From Candidatus Limnocylindria bacterium (GTDB lineage Bacteria > Chloroflexota > Limnocylindria > Limnocylindrales > CSP1-4), in contig JBGPIH010000002.1 of assembly GCA_041484785.1 (NCBI GenBank), positions 1 to 60,976 on the forward strand: 60,976 nucleotides of DNA. Reading direction: 5' to 3'. The position numbers and the translations under genes were made by a program. The notes under the pieces are model-generated. The model had not been told where the DNA came from. It saw only the letters and a program-made list of their open reading frames with translations, and did no database searches. This document shows, one piece after another, positions 9,537 through 18,283 of the stretch. How positions within the stretch are numbered: position 1 is the stretch's first letter; each line of letters opens with the position of its first letter.

Positions 9537-12281
9537 CTAGCTCGCCGTCTCGCCATGCGGACCGGCCGTCGAGCTTCCCTCGAGCGCGTACGCGACGGCT
9601 TCGTCGAGGGTCATCGCCGCGCCCTCCGCTCCGAACCGCTCGACGTCCTCGGGCGACATCTGGGAGCGCACCTGCGGACGGACGCCGGTCTCGAAGGTGT
9701 CCTCGACGTAGGTGGCGAGCCCGGTTCCGGTCTCCTTGGTCAGGTTGCGGGCCGCCCCGCGCAACCGTGCCGCCCGGACCAGATCGCCGTCGGCGACCGC
9801 GACGGCGGACATGTCGTCCAGGGTCAGGGTGAGACCCGCGGCGTCACCGACCGAATGGAAGTCCCGCATGGCGTGTTCGATGTGCCCGCGCGCCTCGTCG
9901 ACCGCGCCGTTGCGCAGCAGGCCGGTCCCGAGCATGTGCATAGCCCACGCCTCCATCGTCAGATCGTCGGTCCGTCGGAACATCTCGAGGGCTCGGCGGA
10001 ACTGGTCGATCCCGTTGCCGAGGCGGTTCCGGAAGTAGTCGTAGTTGCCGAGCGCCCAGAGCGCGTTCGCCTCGCCGCGCAGGTCGCCCAGTTGGTGGAA
10101 CCGCCGGCGTGCCTCCTCGATGTAGCCCAGGCCGACGCCGTCCGGATCGGGATCGGGGCCATCAGCGGACTCCGGGACGAACGCGAACGACGCGTTGTAG
10201 TAGGCATTCGCGATCTCCGCGTCATCGCCCAGGGTCAGCCAGATCGCGAGCGCTTCGCGGTAGCGGTCCGCCATCTCGGGCAGGTCCCCCTGCCACCAGC
10301 ACGCGCCACCGAGCGCCTCCATCAGCCGGGCCCGAAGCCGCGGATCGTCTCTCGACCAGGGCGCCGCCTCAATCGCCGAGAGGCGGCGGCGCGCCTCGGT
10401 CAGGTGGCCGCGCTTCTGCCAGAACCGCCACATGGCGAAGCCGAGGGAGATGGCCGCCGCGGGATCCGGTCGGTCCATCGACCGATCGAGGACCGCCCGG
10501 ACGTCATCGTGCTCGAGATCCAGTCGATCGAGCCAGCGACGCTGATTCGGGCCGGAGATCTCCTTCGCGGCCTCCTCGGCGAGGCCGAGGAACCAGTCGC
10601 GGTGTCGGTCCTGGACGGCAACGGTCTCGCCACGCTCGGCCAGGCGCTCCGCGGCGTACTCGCGGATCGTGTCGAGCAGCCGGAACCGGGGGTCCCCGTC
10701 TGGCGCCTCCTCGACCCTGAGCAGGCTCTGGTCGGCGAGCGCCATGAGCCCATCGAGGAGCTCGCCGCCGAGCTCGGACGCCGGCCCGCACACGGCCTCG
10801 GCCGCCTCGAGGTCGCAGCTGCCGGCGAACACGGAGAGCCGATCGAGCAGGCGCCGGGCATCCTCGTCGAGCAGGTCGTAGCTCCAGGCGATGGCGCCAC
10901 GCAACGTCTGCTGGCGGGCCGGCAGGTCGCGGGCTCCCGCGGCCAGCAGGAGGAGCTGGTGCTCCAGCCGGGCGAGGATGGCCTCGGGCGAAAGGAGCTT
11001 GATCCGGGCCGCGGCCAGCTCGATCGCCAGGGGCATGCCGTGCAGGCGGGCGCTGATGGCGGCCACCGCCGGCGCGTTCGCGTTGGTCACGGAGAACCCC
11101 GGCCTGACAGCAACCGCCCGTTCGATGAAGAGCCGGACGGCGGCGTACTGGCTCAGCGAAGCGAGGTCCAGCGCGCGGGCCTCCGCCGGCAGCTGCATCC
11201 GGTCCAGGCCGCTCAGCTGCGCGAGGTCGGGCGGGGTCGGAAGGCCCGGAACGGGGTACTCCTGCTCGCCCGAGACCCGCAACGCCGCCCGACTCGTGAC
11301 GATGATCTTGAGCCCGGGGGCGGAGCGCAGCAGGTCGGCCACGATCGGGGCCGCATCGGCAACCTGCTCGAAATTGTCCAGCACGAGCAGCAGGCGGCGG
11401 TCGCGGAGCCAGTCCGCCAGTGTCTCGACGATCGGCCGCCCCGCCGCCTCGGTGACCCCGGCCGCGCTGGCGATCCGCGACGTCACCAGCATGGCGTCCC
11501 GGATCGGCTCGAGGGGCACGAAGAAGACGCCGTCCGGAAAGGCGTCCTCGACCATCGTCGCCAGCTGGAGCGAGAGCCGCGTCTTTCCAGTGCCGCCCGG
11601 TCCGGTCAGCGTGAGCAACCGCGCGGACGACAACAGGCGCGCCGCCTCGTCCAGCTCGGCGTCGCGGCCGATGAACGTGGTCAGCTGCGTTGGCAGGTTG
11701 TTCGGGCGGGCGTCGGGTGTTCGGAGCGGCGGGAAGTCGCGCGGCAGATCGTCGGTCTCGACCTGGACGACATGCTCGGGACCGAGCAGGTCCTTGAGCC
11801 GGAAGGCCCCGAGATCGCGCAGTCGGACGTCGGGCGGCAGATGGGTCTCGACCAGCGCACGGGTCGCCTCCGAGACGAGAATCTGGCCGCCGTGTCCGAC
11901 GGCCGCGATACGGGCGGCCCGGTTGATGTCCAGCCCGACCAGGCTGCCGCCGGCGAGCTCGGCCTCGCCCGAGTGGATGCCGATTCGAACGCGGACGGTC
12001 TGGCCGTCCGGCCAGGGTTCCGCGGCCAGCCGGCGCTGAGCGGCCACGGCGGCAGCGACGGCCGCACGAGCGCTCGAGAAAACGACGAAGAACGAATCGC
12101 CATCGGTGCCCTGTTCGTTCCCGTCGTGGGCCGTGAAGGCCTCGCGGAGGATCTCCCGGTGGCGCTCGCGCAGCTCGGCATAGCGAGGGGTGCCGACCTG
12201 CTGCTCGAGGCGGGTCGATCCTTCGATGTCCGTGAACAGGAAGGTGACTGTCCCGCTGGCAGGCGGCTGGGTGACGGTCAT
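9537..12281 (-). CDS. class III adenylate/guanylate cyclase fused to a STAND-type P-loop NTPase and TPR repeats (no C-terminal HTH)
   Basis: Cyclase motifs are FLFTDIEGSTRL, DGDSFFVVF, VRIGIHSGEA and INRAARI. The P-loop is LTGPGGTGKTRL. The C-terminal half is helical, repeat-rich and TPR-like. Confidence 0.85.
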   Translation of the reverse strand: MTVTQPPASGTVTFLFTDIEGSTRLEQQVGTPRYAELRERHREILREAFTAHDGNEQGTDGDSFFVVFSSARAAVAAAVAAQRRLAAEPWPDGQTVRVRIGIHSGEAELAGGSLVGLDINRAARIAAVGHGGQILVSEATRALVETHLPPDVRLRDLGAFRLKDLLGPEHVVQVETDDLPRDFPPLRTPDARPNNLPTQLTTFIGRDAELDEAARLLSSARLLTLTGPGGTGKTRLSLQLATMVEDAFPDGVFFVPLEPIRDAMLVTSRIASAAGVTEAAGRPIVETLADWLRDRRLLLVLDNFEQVADAAPIVADLLRSAPGLKIIVTSRAALRVSGEQEYPVPGLPTPPDLAQLSGLDRMQLPAEARALDLASLSQYAAVRLFIERAVAVRPGFSVTNANAPAVAAISARLHGMPLAIELAAARIKLLSPEAILARLEHQLLLLAAGARDLPARQQTLRGAIAWSYDLLDEDARRLLDRLSVFAGSCDLEAAEAVCGPASELGGELLDGLMALADQSLLRVEEAPDGDPRFRLLDTIREYAAERLAERGETVAVQDRHRDWFLGLAEEAAKEISGPNQRRWLDRLDLEHDDVRAVLDRSMDRPDPAAAISLGFAMWRFWQKRGHLTEARRRLSAIEAAPWSRDDPRLRARLMEALGGACWWQGDLPEMADRYREALAIWLTLGDDAEIANAYYNASFAFVPESADGPDPDPDGVGLGYIEEARRRFHQLGDLRGEANALWALGNYDYFRNRLGNGIDQFRRALEMFRRTDDLTMEAWAMHMLGTGLLRNGAVDEARGHIEHAMRDFHSVGDAAGLTLTLDDMSAVAVADGDLVRAARLRGAARNLTKETGTGLATYVEDTFETGVRPQVRSQMSPEDVERFGAEGAAMTLDEAVAYALEGSSTAGPHGETAS

Positions 12282-12303
12282 CGCCGGCGGATCCGTGGCA
12301 GGC

Positions 12304-12732
12304 TCAGTGGTGCTGGGCTTCGGTCAGCTCGCGCAACCGGCCGGCCAGCTCGCGCAGGATGGCCATCGCCACGCTCGGCTGCTCCTGCACGATCGCCTCG
12401 AAGTCCCAGCTCGCCAGGGCCAGGCAGGTCGTTGGTTCCGCGCTGACGACCTGGGCGATGCGTGGCCGCCCGTCGAGCACGGAGAGCTCGCCGAAGAACT
12501 CACCCGGACCCAGGTGGGCCAGGGTCTCGCCATCACGGATCACGCGCACCTCGCCCGACACGATGACGAAGAACCCGGTCCCGACCTCGCCCTGCCGGGC
12601 GATGACCCGATCGCCCGGGACGTCGAGCTCGCTGACTCGCGACGCGATTCGTTCGAGGCCCGCCGCGTCGACGTTGGCGAACAGGCGAGTTCGGGCCAGG
12701 AGCCGGATCGTCTCGTCGCGGGTCAGGGTCAT
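12304..12732 (-). CDS. stand-alone cyclic-nucleotide-binding (CAP/CNB effector-domain) protein, 142 aa
   Basis: The start is ATG 12732 (MTLTRDE...). It has the CNB beta-barrel and phosphate-binding cassette GEFFGELSVLDGRPRIAQV. The cyclase gene follows 22 nt downstream on the same strand. Confidence 0.85.
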   Translation of the reverse strand: MTLTRDETIRLLARTRLFANVDAAGLERIASRVSELDVPGDRVIARQGEVGTGFFVIVSGEVRVIRDGETLAHLGPGEFFGELSVLDGRPRIAQVVSAEPTTCLALASWDFEAIVQEQPSVAMAILRELAGRLRELTEAQHH

Positions 12733-12781
12733 GCGTCTCTCCGGGTGGGTCTTCGACGGGCATGCTGCGCTGCGCGGCCGT

Positions 12782-12803
12782 GGCCCGTCAACACGGACGG
12801 GCC
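12782..12803. promoter_or_regulatory. perfect palindrome GGCCCGTC-N6-GACGGGCC in the divergent promoter region between the two CNB genes
   Basis: Hand-checked: 8-nt arms are perfectly complementary with a 6-nt spacer, inside the 105-nt intergenic region 12733-12837. Confidence 0.35.
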
Positions 12804-12837
12804 CGCGCCGGACCGCCGGCTGTGGCACCATCGCCGC

Positions 12838-13260
12838 ATGGTTGCGCGCGAGGAGCTGGTGGATGCGATCGCCGGCTTCGCCCTGTTCGCCGACCTGACC
12901 GATCCGCAGCTCACGGCGATCGTGCACATCTTCGAGGAGGCGTTCTACGCCGAGGGCGAGCGGGTGCTGCGCCAAGGCCTCAGCGGGTCCGGGTTCCACA
13001 TCATCCTCGATGGTGAGGCCGCGATCGTGGTCGACGGCCAGGAGCGCGCCCGGCTGGCACGCGGCGACTTCTTCGGCGAGGTGTCGGTGATCCTGGGCGA
13101 GTCCCCGATCGCCGATGTCGTTGCGACCCGCCCGCTGCGCTGCCTGGTCCTCTCGGGTCCACGCGTCGAGCCGTTCCTGGTCAACCACCCGAGGGTGATG
13201 TACCGGATGCTGCAGGCCCAGGCCCGCCGCCTGCGGGCGGCCAACCGATGGCGGAGCTGA
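12838..13260 (+). CDS. stand-alone cyclic-nucleotide-binding-like protein, 140 aa, with a degenerate phosphate-binding cassette
   Basis: The start is ATG 12838 (MVAREELV...). The cassette reads GDFFGEVSVILGESPIADV, where the conserved Arg is replaced. Confidence 0.8.
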   Translation: MVAREELVDAIAGFALFADLTDPQLTAIVHIFEEAFYAEGERVLRQGLSGSGFHIILDGEAAIVVDGQERARLARGDFFGEVSVILGESPIADVVATRPLRCLVLSGPRVEPFLVNHPRVMYRMLQAQARRLRAANRWRS

Positions 13261-14762
13261 CTCGCCCGTTCCCGCCCGGGGAGTACCCGGTCGTCGTCGT
13301 CGGGAGCGGCGCCGGAGCGCTCCAGGTCTCCTATTCGTTGCGCCGCCTCGGCGTGGATCACGCGGTGATCTCGGCCGATCCATCCGCTGGTGGCATGTTC
13401 CGGCGCTGGCCGCACTTCCAGCGGCTTCTCTCCTGGACCAAGCCGCACGCTCCGGCTGAGCGCGGCACGCGAGCGTATGAACGGTACGACTGGAACAGCC
13501 TGCTCGGCGAGACGCCGGAGACGCGGGCGATCCAGCCCGAGTTCATGGACGGCACCTCGTATTTCCCGTCGCGGCCGGAGATGGAGGCGAACCTGGTCGC
13601 CTTCGCCGATCGGGCCGGGGTGGCGGTCCGCTATGAATGCCGCTGGACGGCGACCAGCCTCGAGGCCGGTCCCGCCGGCCCGACCTTTGTCCTCGAGACC
13701 ACCGACGGGGTGTACCGCTGCACGGCCCTGGTCGTGGCGGTCGGCGTGGCCGAGCCGCGCACGCCGCCCGGCGTGGGGATGGAGCTCGTCAGTCACTACG
13801 CGGACGTCCGGCCGGTCGAGGCGTACTCGGGCAAGCGCGTGTTCATCATCGGCAAGCAGAACTCGGGATTCGAGCTGGCGAGTGGCCTGCTGCCCTGGGC
13901 ACGGCAGCTGATCCTGTCGTCGCCGTCGCCGGCCCGCTTGTCGGTCGACACGCGCTCGCTCGTCGGGATTCGGGCGCGCTATGTCCAGCCCTACGAGGAC
14001 CACGTGCTGGGCGGAGGGGTCAGCGTCCTCGATGCGGCGATCGATCGAGTCGAGCGCGCTGCCGACGGAACCTTCGTCGTTCGGCTCCGGCGGACCGACG
14101 GCGGTGGCGACATGGCGATCGAGGCGGACGAGGTGATCGCCGCGACCGGGTTCGTCAGCCCGCTGGTCGATCTCCCGTCACTCGGCGTGGCGACCTTCGG
14201 CGCGAGCGGGCTGCCCGCCCAGACGCCCTGGTGGGAGAGTGCAAGCCTGCCCGGGGTTTTCTTCGCCGGCACGATCGGCCAGGGTGCCAAAGGGCTCCAG
14301 AAGCACGGCATCCCCGCCAACTCAGGGGCGGTCCACGGGGCCCGCTACAACGCCAGGGTCCTGGCCGGGTATCTCGCCAGGACTCGGTTCGGAATCGAGC
14401 CCGACCGCCCGCGCGTGGCCCCGGGGGCGGTTGCCTCGTTGCTCGCGACCGAGCTGGCCGAGGCCCCCGAGCTGTTCCACCAGCGCGGATACCTCGCCAG
14501 GGTACTGACGTCGGATCCGGCCGGCGGACTGCGCGACGACGGCGTCCAGCCGCTCGCCGAGGCGCTCGACGTGGGTGGGCCAGATGCGATCGTCGCAACG
14601 CTCGAGGCCGACGGCACCGGCGCGATCTACCCGGTGATCTACAGCCGGCTCGGCGGGCAGATCGTGGAGCGGGCCATCGAACCGGACCCGCTCCTGCGTT
14701 TCGACACGACCGACACCCGGCTCGCGATCGACGACCTGGCCAGGCGGATCGGGAAGAGCTGA
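13248..14762 (+). CDS. FAD/NAD(P)-binding oxidoreductase (two-dinucleotide-binding-domain flavoprotein, FMO/YpdA-like)
   Basis: It has two Rossmann GxGxxG-type motifs, VVVVGSGAGALQ and VFIIGKQNSGFE. It overlaps the preceding CNB gene by 13 nt. Confidence 0.75.
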   Translation: MAELTRPFPPGEYPVVVVGSGAGALQVSYSLRRLGVDHAVISADPSAGGMFRRWPHFQRLLSWTKPHAPAERGTRAYERYDWNSLLGETPETRAIQPEFMDGTSYFPSRPEMEANLVAFADRAGVAVRYECRWTATSLEAGPAGPTFVLETTDGVYRCTALVVAVGVAEPRTPPGVGMELVSHYADVRPVEAYSGKRVFIIGKQNSGFELASGLLPWARQLILSSPSPARLSVDTRSLVGIRARYVQPYEDHVLGGGVSVLDAAIDRVERAADGTFVVRLRRTDGGGDMAIEADEVIAATGFVSPLVDLPSLGVATFGASGLPAQTPWWESASLPGVFFAGTIGQGAKGLQKHGIPANSGAVHGARYNARVLAGYLARTRFGIEPDRPRVAPGAVASLLATELAEAPELFHQRGYLARVLTSDPAGGLRDDGVQPLAEALDVGGPDAIVATLEADGTGAIYPVIYSRLGGQIVERAIEPDPLLRFDTTDTRLAIDDLARRIGKS

Positions 14763-14878
14763 CCGGCGGGGCGCCGGCCCGACCCCGGCGCCGAGGGTGA
14801 TGGGTCCCCGTGACGCCGAATCGAGATGGTTCCAATCAAGCCGAACCATCGCCAGGACGGCGCCGCCCGGGTCACGCT

Positions 14879-16948
14879 TCAGACGAGCCTCCGCGAGATT
14901 GACTCGTGCCAGTCGCGCCCGAAGAACGGCTCGCCGTCCAGCTCGACTTGCAGCTCGACATGCAGGTCGAACGCGGAGGCGTCGCTGGTCTGGAGCGCGC
15001 GAGCTCGGATCTCGGTCTCGAACGCATGCTCGTGCCAGCGATAGACGACGTCCGCGGTCAGGCTGGCCCGGGCCGGGTTCGCGTCACTGGCGGTGAGGAC
15101 GAGCGTCTCGGCCGAGTACAGGCGCCGGCCGTCGTCGAGCACGTCCTCGCGACCGTCGTGGATCGTGACCGTCACGCTGCCGTCGATCACGTCGGTGGCG
15201 ATCTGCCAGACGGGCGGGTCGGCGGCGCCTTCAAGGCCCGCGCCGGAGACCTCTGGCGGGCTGGTCTTGAAGTCCGGGACCGGGGCATCGCCCGGTCCGC
15301 CCGCGGGAGGCACGACCGGGAGAATCAGCCGGGAGGGCGTGGCCGACCCGTGCCACAGCTCGAACTCGGCGGCGTCCGGCGATGGCCAGATGACCGGCCA
15401 GGCCGCGGACGCCACCGAGACCCGGAGCCGATGGCTGCGCAGGAACCGGTAGCCGGCGGGGCGCAGCGGCACCCGGATCTCCTCCACCCGGCCGGGCGCC
15501 ATTGGCGCGGGCTGGTCGTGCGAGCGTCGGTGGGTCAGGTTGAGGATTCCGGCACTGACCTGGGCCGAGGTGCCGTCGGGCGCGACATCGGTCAGCCGAA
15601 CGACCGCGGTTGCAACAGGAGCCGATACCGCGAGGTGGAGGACGACCTCGGGGGCGCCGAAGACCTCGAGGGGCGCCTCCAGCGGCTCTGAGGTGTAGGT
15701 CGGGCCGAGGCTCTCGTCCGGTCGCAGGTCCCGCGCCAGGCCGTTGGGCGGCCCGCCGGCTCCCCAGGAGAGCGACGCGCGGGTTCCGATGGTGGGTCGA
15801 TGGCGATAGCGGTCCACCCCGGAGGGCCCTGGCGCGGCAGCGGACGTCTCGACCTGGACCGCGACCAGTCGCCCGACGAGTGGCAGCGACCCGCCGCCGA
15901 ACACCCAGGTTCGCGGCGCGGCAGCCGGGTGGGGATACGACGTGGCCGCTCGCCATCGTCCGGGCAGGGAGTCCGGGAATGGCTCGGGCTCGGCATACTC
16001 GCGCTCGAACCAGACGATGGCCGGCTCCTCGTCCGCGCCGTTGGGGACCCCCTTCAGCCAGCGATCGAAGAAGCGGACCATCTCGTACAGTTCGTCGATG
16101 TTCGGTCCGGGCATCGCCGATGACGGCAACCCATGGACCCAGTTGCCGACGATCGTGCGCGACGGCGCGTGACAGGCCGCCTGCATCCGAAGGGCGGCGT
16201 CGACGTAGGAATCCATCCAGCCGCCGAAACTGAGGATGGCGGCGTCGATCGCCTCGTAGTCGGGTGCCAGGGAGCCGCTCCGCCAGTACGGTCCGTCGTG
16301 CTGCTGGCGGAGCCAGGCGAAGAGCCACGGGGGCGTCGCCTCGAGCCGCGCGAGCCACGCTGAGCGCCAGCCCTCGCCCACGATCGCCGGGTCCGGCGGC
16401 ATGGCGTTCATGGCGACCTGGCTGACCGCGTACTGGCTCAGCTCGCTGGCGGTGAGGCATCCCCCGATGTAGTGGACGTCGGTCAGGTAGCGGTCGTCGG
16501 TCGCCTGGACCGGGACGATCGCGCGCAGGTGCGGTGGCCGAAGGCTGGCGACCTGGATCGAGGTGAAGCCGCCGTAGCTGATCCCCCACATGCCCACGGC
16601 GCCGCTGCACCACGGCTGCGCCGCGAGCCACTCGACGGCGTCGTAGGCGTCGCGCGTCTCGTCTTCCGTGTATTCGTCGAGCGCGAGCCCGCCGGACGAC
16701 CCCGTCCCGCGGACGTCCAGGCGGCACAGGACGTAACCCCGCTGCGCCAGGTACGTCCCCCGAGCGATGTCGGCATTGCGCCGCCAGTTGTCCTTGCCGT
16801 ACGGGATCATCTCGAGGATCGCCGGAAAGCGGGCGTCCGGCTCGGTCACGGTCGGGATCGGCAGCCAGAGGTTGGCCGAGAGCGCGACGCCGTCGCGTGC
16901 CCGGATCCAGACGCCCAGGCGAGTCTCGACTGCATGTGGCGTCGCCAT
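14879..16948 (-). CDS. CocE/NonD family hydrolase (S15 X-Pro dipeptidyl-peptidase-like)
   Basis: The N-terminal alpha/beta hydrolase has GMWGISYGGFT, and there is a C-terminal beta-sandwich domain. The 689-aa length is typical of the family. Confidence 0.85.
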   Translation of the reverse strand: MATPHAVETRLGVWIRARDGVALSANLWLPIPTVTEPDARFPAILEMIPYGKDNWRRNADIARGTYLAQRGYVLCRLDVRGTGSSGGLALDEYTEDETRDAYDAVEWLAAQPWCSGAVGMWGISYGGFTSIQVASLRPPHLRAIVPVQATDDRYLTDVHYIGGCLTASELSQYAVSQVAMNAMPPDPAIVGEGWRSAWLARLEATPPWLFAWLRQQHDGPYWRSGSLAPDYEAIDAAILSFGGWMDSYVDAALRMQAACHAPSRTIVGNWVHGLPSSAMPGPNIDELYEMVRFFDRWLKGVPNGADEEPAIVWFEREYAEPEPFPDSLPGRWRAATSYPHPAAAPRTWVFGGGSLPLVGRLVAVQVETSAAAPGPSGVDRYRHRPTIGTRASLSWGAGGPPNGLARDLRPDESLGPTYTSEPLEAPLEVFGAPEVVLHLAVSAPVATAVVRLTDVAPDGTSAQVSAGILNLTHRRSHDQPAPMAPGRVEEIRVPLRPAGYRFLRSHRLRVSVASAAWPVIWPSPDAAEFELWHGSATPSRLILPVVPPAGGPGDAPVPDFKTSPPEVSGAGLEGAADPPVWQIATDVIDGSVTVTIHDGREDVLDDGRRLYSAETLVLTASDANPARASLTADVVYRWHEHAFETEIRARALQTSDASAFDLHVELQVELDGEPFFGRDWHESISRRLV

Positions 16949-17009
16949 GGCCGAAGTCTAGGGTTCCCCCCCCCGGCTGTCGCGACAGCGCTGCCCGCGC
17001 CGTGCGACG

Positions 17010-17603
17010 ATGCCACCGATGGACGAGCACGGCGTCGCCGCCGGACCGTGGACCCGCCGGAGTCGCCGGGTAGCGTACGAGAACCCGTGGATCACGATCT
17101 GGCATGACGAGGTGGTCCGGCCGGACGGAGAGCCGGGGATCTACGGCGTGGTCCATTTCGCGAACCTCGCGGTCGGGGTACTCGCCATCGACGAGATCGG
17201 CCGCGTCCTGCTCGTCGGGCAGCACCGCTACGCCCTCGACCAGTACTCGTGGGAGATCCCCGAAGGCGGCGTGCCGGCCGGGGAGTCCGCGCTCGATGGC
17301 GCGCGTCGAGAGCTCCGCGAGGAGACCGGGATCGAGGCGGCCGACTGGATCGAGCTGACCCGCAGCCACCTCTCCAACTCGGTCTCGGACGAGGAGGCGG
17401 TCCTCTATCTGGCCACCGAATTGACCCAGGGTCTCGCGACGCCCGATGGCACCGAATCGCTGGCGGTGCGCTGGCTTCCGTTCGACGAAGTCCTGGCGAT
17501 GACCATGAACGGCCAGATCACCGACGCCATGACCATCCTGGCCGTGCAGCGAGCGGCGCTCGCCCGGCTGACCGCCAGCGGCGACGATCCGCCCGCGCAA
17601 TGA
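17010..17603 (+). CDS. NUDIX hydrolase (ADP-ribose pyrophosphatase-like)
   Basis: It carries the Nudix box GGVPAGESALDGARRELREETGI. Confidence 0.85.
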   Translation: MPPMDEHGVAAGPWTRRSRRVAYENPWITIWHDEVVRPDGEPGIYGVVHFANLAVGVLAIDEIGRVLLVGQHRYALDQYSWEIPEGGVPAGESALDGARRELREETGIEAADWIELTRSHLSNSVSDEEAVLYLATELTQGLATPDGTESLAVRWLPFDEVLAMTMNGQITDAMTILAVQRAALARLTASGDDPPAQ

Positions 17604-18283
17604 CCAGGCTCCACGTCCTGCGTGTCTTCCTCGGACCCGATGGCGGCGGTGGCAACCCGCTCGGGGTCTTCCTCGACGGCCCGGCGATCGGGCCGGACCG
17701 TCGACTCGCCGTGGCCCGCGAGCTCGGGTTCAGCGAGACCGTCTTCGTCGACGAGCTGGCCGGATCCACCGCCCGGATCGCCATCTTCACCCCGGGGACG
17801 GAGCTCGCCTTCGCGGGGCACCCGACCGTCGGGACGTCGTGGCTGCTGCGGGAGGTCGGAACGCCGATCGAAACCCTGCGCGTCCGGGCAGGGGACGTCG
17901 GGACGTGGTCGTCGGGCGAGCTGACCTGGATCCGGGCCCGGGCGAGCTGGGTCCACCCGATCGAGATCCGCCAGGTGGCGTCCGTCACCGAGGTCGACGC
18001 CCTGTCGCCCGGCGCGATGGGCGACCCGGGCCTCTACCCGTGGGCGTGGGAGGACGAGGCCGCCGGGCGCCTGCGCAGTCGCTACTTCGCGACCGACGTA
18101 GGGATCCGCGAGGACGAGGCGACCGGCGCCGCGGCGGTGGTCATGGGCGCCCGCCTGGGCCGGCCGCTGGTCATCCGTCAGGGCGTCGGCTCGGAGCTCC
18201 ACGTTCGCCCCGATCCGGCAGCGGGTACGGTCGACGTTGGCGGCCGCTGTCGCCAGGTGGAGGTTCGCGAGGGCCGGTGGTGA
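17600..18283 (+). CDS. PhzF-family isomerase-like protein
   Basis: An ATGA overlap links it to the nudix stop. The pattern VFLGPDGGGGNPLGVFLDG...GFSETVFV...FAGHPTVGT is typical of the PhzF/DAP-epimerase fold. Confidence 0.8.
   Translation: MTRLHVLRVFLGPDGGGGNPLGVFLDGPAIGPDRRLAVARELGFSETVFVDELAGSTARIAIFTPGTELAFAGHPTVGTSWLLREVGTPIETLRVRAGDVGTWSSGELTWIRARASWVHPIEIRQVASVTEVDALSPGAMGDPGLYPWAWEDEAAGRLRSRYFATDVGIREDEATGAAAVVMGARLGRPLVIRQGVGSELHVRPDPAAGTVDVGGRCRQVEVREGRW

Noticed and set aside
9138-12446. A 1102-aa ORF on the plus strand, antisense to the cyclase-STAND gene. Similar long antisense or out-of-frame ORFs occur at 15231..17600(-), 3438..4982(-), 48504..50408(-), 37559..38857(-), 22530..23810(-) and 52393..53952(+).
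   Set aside because: Their translations are Arg/Gly/Pro/Ala-rich low-complexity sequences with no recognisable motifs. The opposite or alternative frames carry clear catalytic motifs. They are typical shadow ORFs of very GC-rich DNA.
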